DNA from: a virus
Taxonomy: Duplodnaviria > Heunggongvirae > Uroviricota > Caudoviricetes
Virus record (IMG/VR): IMGVR_UViG_3300028584_001240
Reading direction: 5' to 3' (one strand)
DNA: 64,000 nucleotides
Each line of letters starts with the position of its first letter. Position 1 is the stretch's first letter. The notes beneath the pieces were generated by a model. That model searched no databases and had not been told where the DNA came from. It worked only from the letters and a program-made list of their open reading frames with translations. A program made the position numbers and the translations under genes. Below are positions 41,400 through 52,155 of the stretch, one piece after another.

Positions 41400-41765
41400 G
41401 TGAATGTTATGATATTATCTCATGTTGAAAAAATATTAAACAAAGAACCTGACAGACACTTCACTATCAAAGAAATTGTTGATATCTTAATATTAACTGT
41501 TCCGCAAGAACGAAATAGAAATGTGTTAGAAGCACAAATTGTTAATAAAATTATAAAAAATAAAGGAAGGTTAAGTTTTTCGTTTGGTGAAAAAGATGGA
41601 ATGCTCTATCTGTATTCAAGAGAAAATGACAAGTTTCATAGACTAAACAGAAAAGTGCCAGATACTCCATTTTTTAATAGATTGAAGAAACTTAAAATAC
41701 GATTGACTGTTTTTTATGCCGTGTTGTTGGTGATAGGCTTCATCTACTTTTACTTTTTTAAATGA
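41400..41765 (+). CDS. Hypothetical protein with C-terminal TM anchor (N-terminus possibly winged-helix-like)
   Basis: AGGAG RBS; hydrophobic C-terminus. Confidence 0.55.
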   Translation: MNVMILSHVEKILNKEPDRHFTIKEIVDILILTVPQERNRNVLEAQIVNKIIKNKGRLSFSFGEKDGMLYLYSRENDKFHRLNRKVPDTPFFNRLKKLKIRLTVFYAVLLVIGFIYFYFFK

Positions 41766-41786
41766 AACCTAATCTTGTTTGCATTT

Positions 41787-42311
41787 TTACATTTTTGATT
41801 TCAATTTTCTAACAGGTTTCAAAAGGGTATTCATCTCATTAAGAATTTCTGTGTGAGTATTTAACCATTTATGATGTTTTTCAACAACTTTATCTTGAGT
41901 AAGATACACACGACCAGTACATTCAAAGTCAGCTTTAAATTCATGCGTATTGAAGTCAGTCACGGCATAAAACAATTGATAACCTACTGCTGGATAACCT
42001 GATTCAAGAGCTTTCGGATTATCTCTATTATCAACACGAACAGCTCCGATAAGCTTCATGGTATTAATGGTCAAATAACCTTCTTCCATCCCTTCACGTT
42101 TCATAGCTTCTTCTGGTGTTTCACCTTTCTCAACATGTCCACCAATAATATCAATACCGCGTGGATTTGTTGTAAACATAATTTCATTACCTTTCACGGG
42201 AAAGCAATGCACAGAAGTCACAGTTTTATCTGTGATGGCTTCTAACTGCTTAGCTGGAATAAAGCTGAGGTAGACAACGGCATCACCATAATAAGTTTTT
42301 TCTTCCTGCAT
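41787..42311 (-). CDS. NUDIX hydrolase
   Basis: GGHVEKGETPEEAMKREGMEEG Nudix box. Confidence 0.9.
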   Translation of the reverse strand: MQEEKTYYGDAVVYLSFIPAKQLEAITDKTVTSVHCFPVKGNEIMFTTNPRGIDIIGGHVEKGETPEEAMKREGMEEGYLTINTMKLIGAVRVDNRDNPKALESGYPAVGYQLFYAVTDFNTHEFKADFECTGRVYLTQDKVVEKHHKWLNTHTEILNEMNTLLKPVRKLKSKM

Positions 42312-42348
42312 GATTTAACTCCTAATTAATACATTCATTATACCAAAA

Positions 42349-42645
42349 TTAATCTTGGCTATCAACTATATCTTGATATTCATCGAATGTGAGTAATTCA
42401 ATATTTTTGAGAAATTCTTTCTGATTTTTAAAGAGCAAGAAATGGAAAGGTTCAGAATCATGAACGTAAGCATAAATCTTACCATCAACAACCTCAATAA
42501 AATTTCCCATGAAGTCTTCTGCTAGGTAACTGTCTTTTTCTCTGTCTTCACCATCATCAAATAACTTAAAGGCAAATTCTTCATCTAACGCATCAATCCA
42601 CACCAAAAACATACATTTTTTATTTTCATCGTCATCGTCAATCAT
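42349..42645 (-). CDS. Small acidic hypothetical protein
   Basis: 98-aa ORF with GGAG RBS. Confidence 0.6.
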   Translation of the reverse strand: MIDDDDENKKCMFLVWIDALDEEFAFKLFDDGEDREKDSYLAEDFMGNFIEVVDGKIYAYVHDSEPFHFLLFKNQKEFLKNIELLTFDEYQDIVDSQD

Positions 42646-42751
42646 TCTTATTCTCCATTATATAATAAGTTTTATAATCTATTTTAGTACACCATCCCTA
42701 TGTTAAAAGTCAATAACTAGGAAATTTTAACTTATTTAACAGTAAAAATGA

Positions 42752-42780
42752 TTGACATTGAGATTTAATTGATTTAAAAT
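42752..42780 (+). promoter_or_regulatory. Sigma70-type promoter
   Basis: TTGACA-17 nt-TAAAAT. Confidence 0.75.
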
Positions 42781-42843
42781 AACTAATAAATAAGACAACC
42801 CCAAGTCTATAAAAAGAGGCACTTCAATAACATAAAAAGGAGT

Positions 42844-43518
42844 GTGAAAATGAAAAGCAATATCAAATTGAAAGTGGCCTTCTGCAACCTCTCAAATAAA
42901 AAATTCGCAATAGTATCCAGTGACCCTACCTACTTTCATGACTACATGAATGGAATGAGCCGTTCTCTTGAAAATATTGAACACAATATCACTATTGAAG
43001 AAATCGTCATTCAAACAAAAAAACATAAATCAGTTCACAAAGCCTTAGAAGTTTTAGACGTGTCTGAAACTATTCTTACGGCTGAGAACGTGTATTCCGT
43101 AGAACAACTGTATACGTGGTTAGCCATTAAAGCTGGCACTTATGAAGCCAAAGAAGACTGGGATTTGTTTTTAAAGAATAATGATTTACTTAATGAGTGG
43201 ATTGACGGGGATATCAAACTCTTGATGGCTCATACTTACGTTGAACGTTCAAAAGAGTTTGGTTACAAAGATGAATTCAAGAAAATAGAAACAAAAATTC
43301 ATACCTATGAAGAAATATGGCAGCTACCAACGTTATTTAAAGGCGATACTAAAACAACGCATGGCACTTACGCTAAATATTCATACACTATTGACAATAA
43401 AATTATTGAAATGACGGCTGATGGTCGTTGTGTGAAACTCAATCAAGAGTGGTTAGAAAAAAAAGCTCCTGCTCAGGTTGAATACCGATTAGCTGATTTA
43501 TATCAGATGAGAAGATAA
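42844..43518 (+). CDS. Hypothetical protein
   Basis: 224-aa ORF with AAGGAG RBS. Confidence 0.7.
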   Translation: MKMKSNIKLKVAFCNLSNKKFAIVSSDPTYFHDYMNGMSRSLENIEHNITIEEIVIQTKKHKSVHKALEVLDVSETILTAENVYSVEQLYTWLAIKAGTYEAKEDWDLFLKNNDLLNEWIDGDIKLLMAHTYVERSKEFGYKDEFKKIETKIHTYEEIWQLPTLFKGDTKTTHGTYAKYSYTIDNKIIEMTADGRCVKLNQEWLEKKAPAQVEYRLADLYQMRR

Positions 43519-43567
43519 CATGTTGACTTTTTTGAACCTTCTACAATAATACTGTAGGAGGTTTAAT

Positions 43568-44170
43568 ATGTCTAATTATAACATAAGTAAAAAACTAATA
43601 AAAAAACTAAATGATATGTATTTTATTGACTACATGGCTTTTCTTGATCTAGTTGAAAAATATAAGCCAGATAATTTCTCAACCAAATATATATATGCTC
43701 AAATTAAAAATATAGAAAATAACAGTGTTATCGACTTAGGCGAGATTCTGAAATTTAATATTGAAGATTTAAATACTGTCTTTACAAAGGATTGCGATTT
43801 AAAATTGGAAATGTATAAGATTATGCGATTACAAAATCAAGTCTATAAATTTCAAACTGAAGAATCAAATTTAACCTATCGTTATAACAATTTAAATCCA
43901 AACAATAAAAAGACATGGATAGAGCGATTGATAATAGATATAACTTTTTCAATCGTCCCATCCACCGGATTATTTAATTTTTTGAAAAAGGATAAATTTT
44001 ACACTTATCTTCATGCCAATAAGAAACCTTATCATTTTAAAAACATATACGATTTTTTGCTAACACCCTTTAAAGAGTTGGAAATAGAATGCTCAGAAGA
44101 CTATATCAAAAGTTTAAAAAAAGAAGAGTTTGATAATCTAATGAGCATATTTGATATGGTAGATATTTAA
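43568..44170 (+). CDS. Hypothetical protein with C-terminal motif (…SIFDMVDI)
   Basis: AGGAGG RBS. Confidence 0.7.
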   Translation: MSNYNISKKLIKKLNDMYFIDYMAFLDLVEKYKPDNFSTKYIYAQIKNIENNSVIDLGEILKFNIEDLNTVFTKDCDLKLEMYKIMRLQNQVYKFQTEESNLTYRYNNLNPNNKKTWIERLIIDITFSIVPSTGLFNFLKKDKFYTYLHANKKPYHFKNIYDFLLTPFKELEIECSEDYIKSLKKEEFDNLMSIFDMVDI

Positions 44171-44725
44171 TCAGTCAATTACAAGACCTTCAATATCAAT
44201 GCCATATTCTGGTAAGTCTTTGAGCTGGACAGTCCCATCTTCTACAATCGAAACAAGACATTCCCAAGCACGAGAACCCTCTGATATTGTATCAAACGAT
44301 CTAATATACTCATCCTTTTGGGCATAAATCTTTTCCAGTAATTTTTGACCGTATTGACGTTTAACATAATTGCTCATTTCTTTTTTAATGTTATCAAGGA
44401 TAAGATTACTTTCAATGTAAAAGCTTTCGGCTTCTTTAATCATACGATTATTGATCGAAATAAGCGTATTAGGAAGATCAACTTTTTTAGAGTCTTTGAT
44501 CATAGCAGAGCGATAATCACGAAAAACCATCTTGTATTTTTCAGCAAGATAATTGATATCGGATTTGGTCTGTTTGTCATAAGTTGGATAACGAGTATTA
44601 ATCATTACATTCATTGCATTCAAGTTAGCAATAATGGTTTGCATTCGATAATCTTCCTTTCTAAAAAACTCCAATTTCTCTACTGGATTTTTGAGGCGAT
44701 TTAAAGCTTTTAAAAAATTAGACAT
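44171..44725 (-). CDS. Hypothetical protein
   Basis: 184-aa helical ORF with GGAG RBS. Confidence 0.65.
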   Translation of the reverse strand: MSNFLKALNRLKNPVEKLEFFRKEDYRMQTIIANLNAMNVMINTRYPTYDKQTKSDINYLAEKYKMVFRDYRSAMIKDSKKVDLPNTLISINNRMIKEAESFYIESNLILDNIKKEMSNYVKRQYGQKLLEKIYAQKDEYIRSFDTISEGSRAWECLVSIVEDGTVQLKDLPEYGIDIEGLVID

Positions 44726-44843
44726 GAATGTTCTCCACCTATAATGAATACCTATTATATCATATTTTGGTTAAAAATAAAAGTAAACATTGACTTTTAA
44801 CATAAAAAAACTACAATAATAGAAACATAAAAAGGTCTATATA

Positions 44844-45683
44844 ATGAAGAAATTACTATTATCTATTTGCATAGCACTTACAACAACCAGTGCTTTTGCT
44901 GGTAATGAAAAGATAACTTCCATACTCATGGAAACCCAAAAGAATTTAGGGAACAAGGATTATGCATTACAGTTAGGTCAGTTTTTAAAAAATGACAGAG
45001 ACAAGCAACTGATTGTAAGGGAATCGCTTCGTCATACAGCAGTCGTTAACAGTGATCACAGAGATGATGCATTGAATATGCTGTTTGATTCTGGTTTGAT
45101 TGACCAGCGTGAAAGAAATCAAATAGAAGAACAAGCCAACAGTTATAATGATATTGTTTTTCAATTTAAACAAAACGTATCAAGAATTGATGTGGAACAA
45201 TCTTACACAACATACAGTTGTAACGGTGTAGAGCAAAGATTGACAGATATGAACGCTATAGTGCCATTTAAGAGGCAATTAAGAATAACTGATGTTAGTG
45301 CTTACCAAGACTTTTTGCAGTTCTATAATGCGTCTAACGTGGTCATTACGACAGTGCCATCAGCACAAAAGGTTGTGGATTATGTCAAAGATCAAAGCCG
45401 AATAAAAATGATAGGGCTTGAAGAAAAGTTTATCATGAACAATGCGACAGCGGTTTCGATGTATCCAAAGGTGGTGAATGGTGACAAAACCTATTTAATG
45501 TTCCCTTATAAAATGTTCCCATACCCTGCCGCCAATTTATCGGAACAAACCATGCTGGAATATGCTTATTTTGCATTGAACTTGAAACTGGTAGGACGAT
45601 TAACACCAGAGATCTACCAAACCTTTAACAAAATATACAGAAGAAACGCTTCTTTCTGTCTTTACGCTCAACCTAGGAGATAA
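44844..45683 (+). CDS. Secreted hypothetical protein
   Basis: Signal peptide MKKLLLSICIALTTTSAFA. Confidence 0.7.
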   Translation: MKKLLLSICIALTTTSAFAGNEKITSILMETQKNLGNKDYALQLGQFLKNDRDKQLIVRESLRHTAVVNSDHRDDALNMLFDSGLIDQRERNQIEEQANSYNDIVFQFKQNVSRIDVEQSYTTYSCNGVEQRLTDMNAIVPFKRQLRITDVSAYQDFLQFYNASNVVITTVPSAQKVVDYVKDQSRIKMIGLEEKFIMNNATAVSMYPKVVNGDKTYLMFPYKMFPYPAANLSEQTMLEYAYFALNLKLVGRLTPEIYQTFNKIYRRNASFCLYAQPRR

Positions 45684-45684
45684 T

Positions 45685-45984
45685 ATGAGTTCATTTAATA
45701 TTACAGATTTTATCTCAAAATCAAATAAGGACACTTCAGTTGATAACTTAACAAAGACGGCTGAAAGTGCTTTCGCATGGTTACTCTTAAACGGTGTAAG
45801 CAATCTTGATCTATCAGGATTGGTGCCAGAAGAAGTGAACGCTGAACACTTAGCCTTACTTTTGCGTATTACATCGACATATAAAGAAAGTATTGAAGGA
45901 TGGAGCGAAGCACTTGATGTAGCTCAGACTGCAGCAACACTTGCAAGTTTAGATCCCACTGATATTTTGTATGGTTTAATTTAA
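45685..45984 (+). CDS. Hypothetical protein
   Basis: 99-aa ORF, AGGAG RBS. Confidence 0.65.
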   Translation: MSSFNITDFISKSNKDTSVDNLTKTAESAFAWLLLNGVSNLDLSGLVPEEVNAEHLALLLRITSTYKESIEGWSEALDVAQTAATLASLDPTDILYGLI

Positions 45985-46039
45985 AATATCTCAGGTAATA
46001 AAAAACCAACATCGCTGTTGGTTTTTTTACAACTATTAC

Positions 46040-46570
46040 TTATTTTTTTGCAGGTTGTGTCTTAATAGTTACTGGAACAACCGTTGTTTCTTTTTTTACA
46101 GAAGGTTTAGCAGACTTATTGACTGGCTTCTTTTTAGGGAGAGCTGGTTTTTTATTGTCTTCGGCTTCCATTTTAGGAAAATCTGAACGATCCTTTTTAA
46201 CAATAACTTCAAGAATGCGTTTAATTTTCCAAGCATTCATTTCAGCAACTGGTCCGCTACCTGTATAAAACTTGAAAGCACGAGACAGCTTCCAACCTTC
46301 ACGGAATAACTCAACAATATTTTGAATGAGTGTGACTTGTTTGTTTTTAACGAGGTTGTCCAACAACGCTTTACTGAGCGTGTTATTTTCGGCTTCACGA
46401 ACACCCCACAAAAGTTTATCAAGCACTTGAACTTGTGTGTAAGATGTCAAAAAACCTTCTTGAATAAGTTTCTTACGCATAGACTGCACTGATTCGCAGA
46501 GAGCCTTATCCGCACTAGCAATTAAGTTGGCTTTTTCTTGTCCTGTAAGCGACTTCTTAACATCTTTCAT
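46040..46570 (-). CDS. Hypothetical basic protein with Lys/Pro-rich tail
   Basis: 176-aa ORF, AGGAG RBS. Confidence 0.65.
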   Translation of the reverse strand: MKDVKKSLTGQEKANLIASADKALCESVQSMRKKLIQEGFLTSYTQVQVLDKLLWGVREAENNTLSKALLDNLVKNKQVTLIQNIVELFREGWKLSRAFKFYTGSGPVAEMNAWKIKRILEVIVKKDRSDFPKMEAEDNKKPALPKKKPVNKSAKPSVKKETTVVPVTIKTQPAKK

Positions 46571-46655
46571 AATTTTCTCCTAAAAAAAGATTTGCTACTC
46601 TAATACAACACTTAGAGTAGTATATCAAATATAGGATATGTTTGCAAACCTTATT

Positions 46656-47321
46656 TCATTGTGTTCCTGAAACTATTTTATTAATTTCTCTAAAAACTTC
46701 TGAGGCTAAAAGAGTATAAGACATTTCAGTAATTTCAACATTGTTTCGCCTACTTTCTGGTGTCATACCTCTAAACAAAGAACCTGACAAGAACATAATA
46801 AAAGAAAAGAAATCACATGGATATTTCGATTTATTCACTTGGGGTAGTCTTACATAGACTTTTTTAGGATAAGCTTTGTTTTCGACATAATCTGGGTTAT
46901 CTTCCATTCTGAAATTTACAATTTTTTCGTTTAACTTAATAGGGTGATTAATCAGTTCGAATAATTGATGATTATTAACATTAGACAGATGACCTGACTT
47001 AAACTTCACGGTGAGGTTGTGCTTCTTATCCATCGACAAACCTTCATCTTCTACTATGTAACTATTAAACAGAATTTTTTTAGTGGTATCAATTTCTTCA
47101 ATAGCCCCTTTTTCTGCTGTTTTGTTATAAAACTCTAGATAAAGTGGCATGTAAGTTTCAAGTTTTAGCAAGTTAGGATAAAGGTTTAACATTTTAAAAA
47201 ATGAATTGAGTGTAAATTCTTCATCAAGGACTAACCGCTCACTCAACATCGTTAACACAACACTATTCGGAATACATTTATCTTTGAAATGGATGTAACC
47301 ATTTTTAGTTATCTTAATCAT
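46656..47321 (-). CDS. Hypothetical protein, array F (no C-terminal motif)
   Basis: Shares I.K.G.I N-terminus and F…F..M…YP with the two upstream genes. Confidence 0.7.
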   Translation of the reverse strand: MIKITKNGYIHFKDKCIPNSVVLTMLSERLVLDEEFTLNSFFKMLNLYPNLLKLETYMPLYLEFYNKTAEKGAIEEIDTTKKILFNSYIVEDEGLSMDKKHNLTVKFKSGHLSNVNNHQLFELINHPIKLNEKIVNFRMEDNPDYVENKAYPKKVYVRLPQVNKSKYPCDFFSFIMFLSGSLFRGMTPESRRNNVEITEMSYTLLASEVFREINKIVSGTQ

Positions 47322-47995
47322 GATTTGCCGCCAGACTTGATTTGTTCAAGAAATTTTGCAGTTAAATCATTAGCTTCTATTTCAAGGTGTTCTTTCATTT
47401 CTTTTTCATCACGTTCAATTTCTTCAATAACAGTATTTCGTTCTTCAACAAAACCATGCAATGAAATGGTATCAAAGACAAAATGAACAAAATTAAGCAA
47501 GTGGAATTGAGTTTCTGGGAAGTATTCTAAGTAAAGAGAGTCACTGACACCATCTTCATCAATACTGTCCACAAACGCTAAACTATTAATGCCAATTCTA
47601 TAATTAATATAATCTTTCAGATACATAGAACTAATGTCATCTTCACAGAAAGATTCGGCATCATTGTAAAAATAAACTTCCATTTTATTGAATTGACTAA
47701 TTACATGATCCTTAATCATAAAGTGTGGAGTAATAACCGCTATTTTATTAGTATCTTTACCAATAGACTTATCTATTAATTCATACTCTTCTAAATAAGA
47801 AGCTCCTTGTTGAAAAAATTTCAAAAATAATGGATATTGTTTAATCATTTCAAAGAACGATACGACTGAAAAATCTTCTTCTATTTCAAAATTTTGAAAA
47901 ACACTATTATAGAGATCTTCATTTTCAAGTAAAACCGACTTTCCATCGAGTTCAGAAACTGTAAAAATATGACCTTCTTTGCTTAATCTTAACAT
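47318..47995 (-). CDS. Hypothetical protein, array F
   Basis: Paralog in array F. Confidence 0.7.
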   Translation of the reverse strand: MLRLSKEGHIFTVSELDGKSVLLENEDLYNSVFQNFEIEEDFSVVSFFEMIKQYPLFLKFFQQGASYLEEYELIDKSIGKDTNKIAVITPHFMIKDHVISQFNKMEVYFYNDAESFCEDDISSMYLKDYINYRIGINSLAFVDSIDEDGVSDSLYLEYFPETQFHLLNFVHFVFDTISLHGFVEERNTVIEEIERDEKEMKEHLEIEANDLTAKFLEQIKSGGKS

Positions 47996-48005
47996 AAAAA
48001 ACTCC

Positions 48006-48767
48006 TTATTGTTTTCCCTTGTCTTTATCTTTCCCCGGATTCATCATATCTTCGATTTGCTTCAATATGTGATTGGTATTTTCTTTTACATCCTCTTCAT
48101 CCACTTTACGCTCACTTTCAAAGTTTGGCAAGCCCAATCTTTGAGACATAATATTACGCATTTTAAATAGCTTATCTTTGATTTCATTGAAACTATCTTC
48201 GGCCCCTTCATTCTCAGTATTTTGAACAAGACTATTGGCTACGACCGCAATAAAATCGAATAAAGTAAAGTTCTTAACATTAAATGGGATATGACCTTTA
48301 TAGGAATTGCTATCACCTAGCTCAAATGTTAAAGCTAAGCTATCCATGATTCTAATGTTGGAGTTGATAACATTTTTGAGAGACAATGAGCAAGCTTGCA
48401 CATTGAGTGAGAAATTTTCTTGTAGTTTAGTAACACCGATAAGGTTAAAGTACATAATAGAATTTTCTTCATCTTCCCGAGCCACAATATCTGAACCAAT
48501 CTGCATACACAGGCAATCCACATCAGACTCAGTAAAATTATCATAAACCTTGGACTGAGAAATGACTTCTTCAAATTCTGGCACAATAAGCAACAATGAT
48601 GGATAGGTTTCAAACATTGAAATAAAATCTCTTACACCAAAGTTATGAGTCATACCAGAAATGCAATTTCTTAAAAAACTTAAAACTTCCTTGTCTTCAA
48701 TTCTATATTTTTCTCCTGTGTGTTCATCTTGTGCATATAGGACACCATATTTGTCAATTAAAATCAT
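48006..48767 (-). CDS. Hypothetical protein, array F
   Basis: Paralog in array F. Confidence 0.7.
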   Translation of the reverse strand: MILIDKYGVLYAQDEHTGEKYRIEDKEVLSFLRNCISGMTHNFGVRDFISMFETYPSLLLIVPEFEEVISQSKVYDNFTESDVDCLCMQIGSDIVAREDEENSIMYFNLIGVTKLQENFSLNVQACSLSLKNVINSNIRIMDSLALTFELGDSNSYKGHIPFNVKNFTLFDFIAVVANSLVQNTENEGAEDSFNEIKDKLFKMRNIMSQRLGLPNFESERKVDEEDVKENTNHILKQIEDMMNPGKDKDKGKQ

Positions 48768-48851
48768 AGTTCACCTTTAATATAAATTTCCCAAATTATA
48801 TACACATATAACATAAAAATCAACTTGTTTTTGACGGACTGCTCATTTAGT

Positions 48852-49550
48852 TTATATTTTTGTCATTGCAATCAAAGAATTATAACGTGTAAAGTCTTCT
48901 GCATACAACTTTAATGACGCCAAAAAATCGTCAGCAATTAAAATATCTTTAATAGATGTATGTTCCCACAAAAAATAGAAGTCTCGTAAATATGGCTGAT
49001 AAAGCTCATTTAATCCATTTTCTTTCAAAAAAACTACATCACCCCTATCATAAATATAATGATCAGAAAGATGTTGATAATTTTCATCACTCAGTGTAGG
49101 ATCTTTATGGTTTTGAAATATCACTCTAACTCTCGTTAAATTACCAAACTTATCAAATGAAAATTCACTGCTAGCTCGTGTTTTATTTTCACATTCAAAA
49201 CCACCCAGTTCTTGAGCCATTAAATAAAATCTTTCACGAAGATCATGAATACTAAGGTCATCGGTATCAAATAATGGAACCAATGGCTCACCAACCCAAG
49301 CCAATATTTCATAATGGATATTTTCATAAAATGGACTTGTTTTGGTGGCCGAAACATTGACAGTTATTGGCTGTTTACCAGACAAAAAAATTTGAACTCG
49401 TTCATCTTCGATAACACTATTAAATTCACTAATATTTGTCCCTGATTGGTCAAAAACATTTTGCCACTTAGCATAAAAATTCTTCAAAATATCAGAAGAC
49501 ACATCTATAATATCGGCATCATCCACAATGATTGTTTTATTAATATTCAT
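48852..49550 (-). CDS. Hypothetical protein, array G, C-terminal motif (…SLIAMTKI)
   Basis: L..F..(K/E)W, F.FD, W.(H/R)(T/S).I, Y…(I/F).RY..L shared by four tandem genes. Confidence 0.8.
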   Translation of the reverse strand: MNINKTIIVDDADIIDVSSDILKNFYAKWQNVFDQSGTNISEFNSVIEDERVQIFLSGKQPITVNVSATKTSPFYENIHYEILAWVGEPLVPLFDTDDLSIHDLRERFYLMAQELGGFECENKTRASSEFSFDKFGNLTRVRVIFQNHKDPTLSDENYQHLSDHYIYDRGDVVFLKENGLNELYQPYLRDFYFLWEHTSIKDILIADDFLASLKLYAEDFTRYNSLIAMTKI

Positions 49551-49554
49551 GATG

Positions 49555-50259
49555 TTAAATAAGCTCCATTTGAATTAAGGCATGATATCGTTCAATATCT
49601 TTGATATACAGAAAAAAAGACTTATAAAAATCATCTGAAATCAAACTTTCTCTGATATTGGATCGCTGCCAAATAAAATATAGATTTCGTAAGTGTTGCA
49701 AGTTAGTCTTGCTATTGGAATTATTATAAATTAAAAAATGACTGTCATTGTGTTCATATATACGGTGAGCAAATGCTCTGGTAGCAATATTTTTATTTGT
49801 ATTTTCAACCATGATAACAACTTCTTCAATATCAAGAGTTAAAAAATCAAAAGAAACTCTTACTCGAAATGTATTCTCATCAGGTATTTCTATTTTGAAT
49901 AATCTATTCGCTAATGACCAAAAATTAGCATACATATCATCTGGTGAAAACTTTTCATTCCTTAATGTTGTTAAATTTTTAGGTGTCACATCTAAAGAAA
50001 CAGTATAAATCATACTTTCATGGTTAATTTTTGAAAACATGGCTGTAAATGATAGTCTGAAAGGTCTATCATATGCTTCATCATAATCCGTTAGACGTAA
50101 TAAATACATATCATTTTGGTATGATTTTTTAATTTCATCAAGATTAAAAGACACTGCTTCAAAAAATAAAGGCCATTTTAACATGAATACATTTAATTTT
50201 TCATGTAAAACAGCATAAATTCCCTCATCAATTTTAATTAAGTTTTGATCATTCATCAT
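49555..50259 (-). CDS. Hypothetical protein, array G, C-terminal motif (…ALIQMELI)
   Basis: Paralog in array G. Confidence 0.8.
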   Translation of the reverse strand: MMNDQNLIKIDEGIYAVLHEKLNVFMLKWPLFFEAVSFNLDEIKKSYQNDMYLLRLTDYDEAYDRPFRLSFTAMFSKINHESMIYTVSLDVTPKNLTTLRNEKFSPDDMYANFWSLANRLFKIEIPDENTFRVRVSFDFLTLDIEEVVIMVENTNKNIATRAFAHRIYEHNDSHFLIYNNSNSKTNLQHLRNLYFIWQRSNIRESLISDDFYKSFFLYIKDIERYHALIQMELI

Positions 50260-50970
50260 TTAAATTTTTTCCATTTGTAACAAGGTGTGATAACGCTCAA
50301 TGTCTGCTGTATATATTTTATAAGCTTCATAGAAATGAGGTGTATTAATAATCTCTTCTATTGATGTATGTTCCCAAAGGAATTGAAAATTACACAAATT
50401 AACCACACCAGAACGAACCATATTATGTTTGCGTAATGCAACAATGTCATCAATTCTATAAAGAGAATGCTCAACCCTCCTAGCAGCATGATTTTCGTAA
50501 TGACTAAATGTCGTCTTAATACTTAACAAATCACCATCATGATCAAAAGCAAATATTAATCTAGACGTTTCATTTTCATTTAATTCAGATCCAATAACGT
50601 TTTGATAAAATGTTTTAAAGTCATTGATGAGTTTTACAGGGTCAATGTCTTTTGTTTTAAAGTTGTTGATACTGTCAGCATCCACGCTCACATGAACATT
50701 GTAATAATGTTCAGTATAAAACCCAGAGCTAATATTTGCAGAAACAATAATAGCAAACTTCTTAAGCGTGTTAACATTAATGCCTGTTGTCTTCAAAACA
50801 TGATGATAATCAGGATTCAATTCTGTTGTGGCTTCATCAAAGAAGATTTTATCATTAGCAAAAGCGAATTTCCACTTGCTATAAAATCGAGCAAGCACAT
50901 TGTCTGCGTACGCTTTGATAATAGAAGTTTCTTCTGGTGTTAGATTAATCTGATTCATCAACATCTCCAA
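50260..50970 (-). CDS. Hypothetical protein, array G, C-terminal motif (…TLLQMEKI)
   Basis: Paralog in array G. Confidence 0.8.
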   Translation of the reverse strand: MEMLMNQINLTPEETSIIKAYADNVLARFYSKWKFAFANDKIFFDEATTELNPDYHHVLKTTGINVNTLKKFAIIVSANISSGFYTEHYYNVHVSVDADSINNFKTKDIDPVKLINDFKTFYQNVIGSELNENETSRLIFAFDHDGDLLSIKTTFSHYENHAARRVEHSLYRIDDIVALRKHNMVRSGVVNLCNFQFLWEHTSIEEIINTPHFYEAYKIYTADIERYHTLLQMEKI

Positions 50971-51017
50971 GATACATATATTTCACTATTATACTATAAA
51001 ACACCAATAATAATCAA

Positions 51018-51843
51018 CAAAAAAAGAGCCTAAGCTCTTTTTAAATAGAAATCTCATTTATATATTAAATGCGTTCCATTTGAAGTAATGAATGATAACG
51101 CTCAATATTGTCACTGTATAGCGTGTAAGCATTAAAAAAGACAACTTCATTCATCACCGTTCGAATATTAGTATGATCCCATAGAAATGTAAAATTACGA
51201 TAGTTAATGACACCCGTATGAACAAGATTGTAACCGCTTAATACATCTAAATCACTGACATGGTAGACAAAATGGTCTGCACGACAGGCTTCATCATTCT
51301 TATAAATAGTGAATGTCGTTTTAGCACTTAAAATCTTAGCGTCTTCATCAAAAACAAGGTATAAACCATAAGCATGTTTATCAACTTCTTTATAATTAAG
51401 AATAGATGTATAAAAGGTATGAAACTTATCACGAAGTTCAAGAGGGTTAAAATCATTTTTTTTAAAATCACGAACTCTATCACCATCAACAGCTACTGAA
51501 ATGGTATAAACATTCTGTAAAGAATAAGCTTTCCCTAAGATACCTGTCACAACGATATGCATCTTTTTTAACGTTGATACATTAACAGCAATAACTTTCC
51601 ATGTATACACCCCTTCACTTGGAAAATCAAGTTGATATTCATCAAAGTAGATTTTGTCATTATAAAATGAATGCTGCCATTCCTTACAAAAGTTATTCAA
51701 AATTTCAGATGCTCGCTTTTTGAAGACTTCCACTTCTGTATGCTTTATTTCTTCAGTCATAGTCATTCTCCAAGCTCAATATAATAACCGTATTATACTA
51801 CAAAATGAAAATAAACTCAATAAAAAAAGAGCCTAAGCTCTTT
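51018..51843. repeat. Duplicated terminator (AAAAAAAGAGCCTAAGCTCTTT at ~51018-51042 and ~51822-51843) flanking one array-G gene
   Basis: Identical hairpin at both ends, each next to a similar TATTATACTA promoter element. Confidence 0.75.
51065..51766 (-). CDS. Hypothetical protein, array G, C-terminal motif (…SLLQMERI)
   Basis: Paralog in array G. Confidence 0.8.
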   Translation of the reverse strand: MTMTEEIKHTEVEVFKKRASEILNNFCKEWQHSFYNDKIYFDEYQLDFPSEGVYTWKVIAVNVSTLKKMHIVVTGILGKAYSLQNVYTISVAVDGDRVRDFKKNDFNPLELRDKFHTFYTSILNYKEVDKHAYGLYLVFDEDAKILSAKTTFTIYKNDEACRADHFVYHVSDLDVLSGYNLVHTGVINYRNFTFLWDHTNIRTVMNEVVFFNAYTLYSDNIERYHSLLQMERI

Positions 51844-52102
51844 AAATATCGAGGTCGTTCATGGCCTCTTTAAACACTACATCATTGATTTCTTCTTTCA
51901 ATGTTTTGTAACCATAAGCTTTGCGTGGATTCATACACTGCTTACAACGTGGTCTACCACAATTTAATGCTTTATGCTTCACATACATACCAGAGATAGT
52001 TTGTGGAGTAATCATATCATATTGCTTTAAAATTTTCATTTGTTTACGAACTTGTTTAACGTCATTAAAACGCCTTTCAGCACGCTTATTATTCTTTTCC
52101 AT
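51842..52102 (-). CDS. Small basic Cys-rich protein (CxxxxCxxCxNPR)
   Basis: NCGRPRCKQCMNPRK; AGGAG RBS. Confidence 0.7.
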   Translation of the reverse strand: MEKNNKRAERRFNDVKQVRKQMKILKQYDMITPQTISGMYVKHKALNCGRPRCKQCMNPRKAYGYKTLKEEINDVVFKEAMNDLDI

Positions 52103-52155
52103 ATTACGTCTCCTAAAATTAGTTAACGTCTAAGAAACACCTCGAAAGTAGTTAA

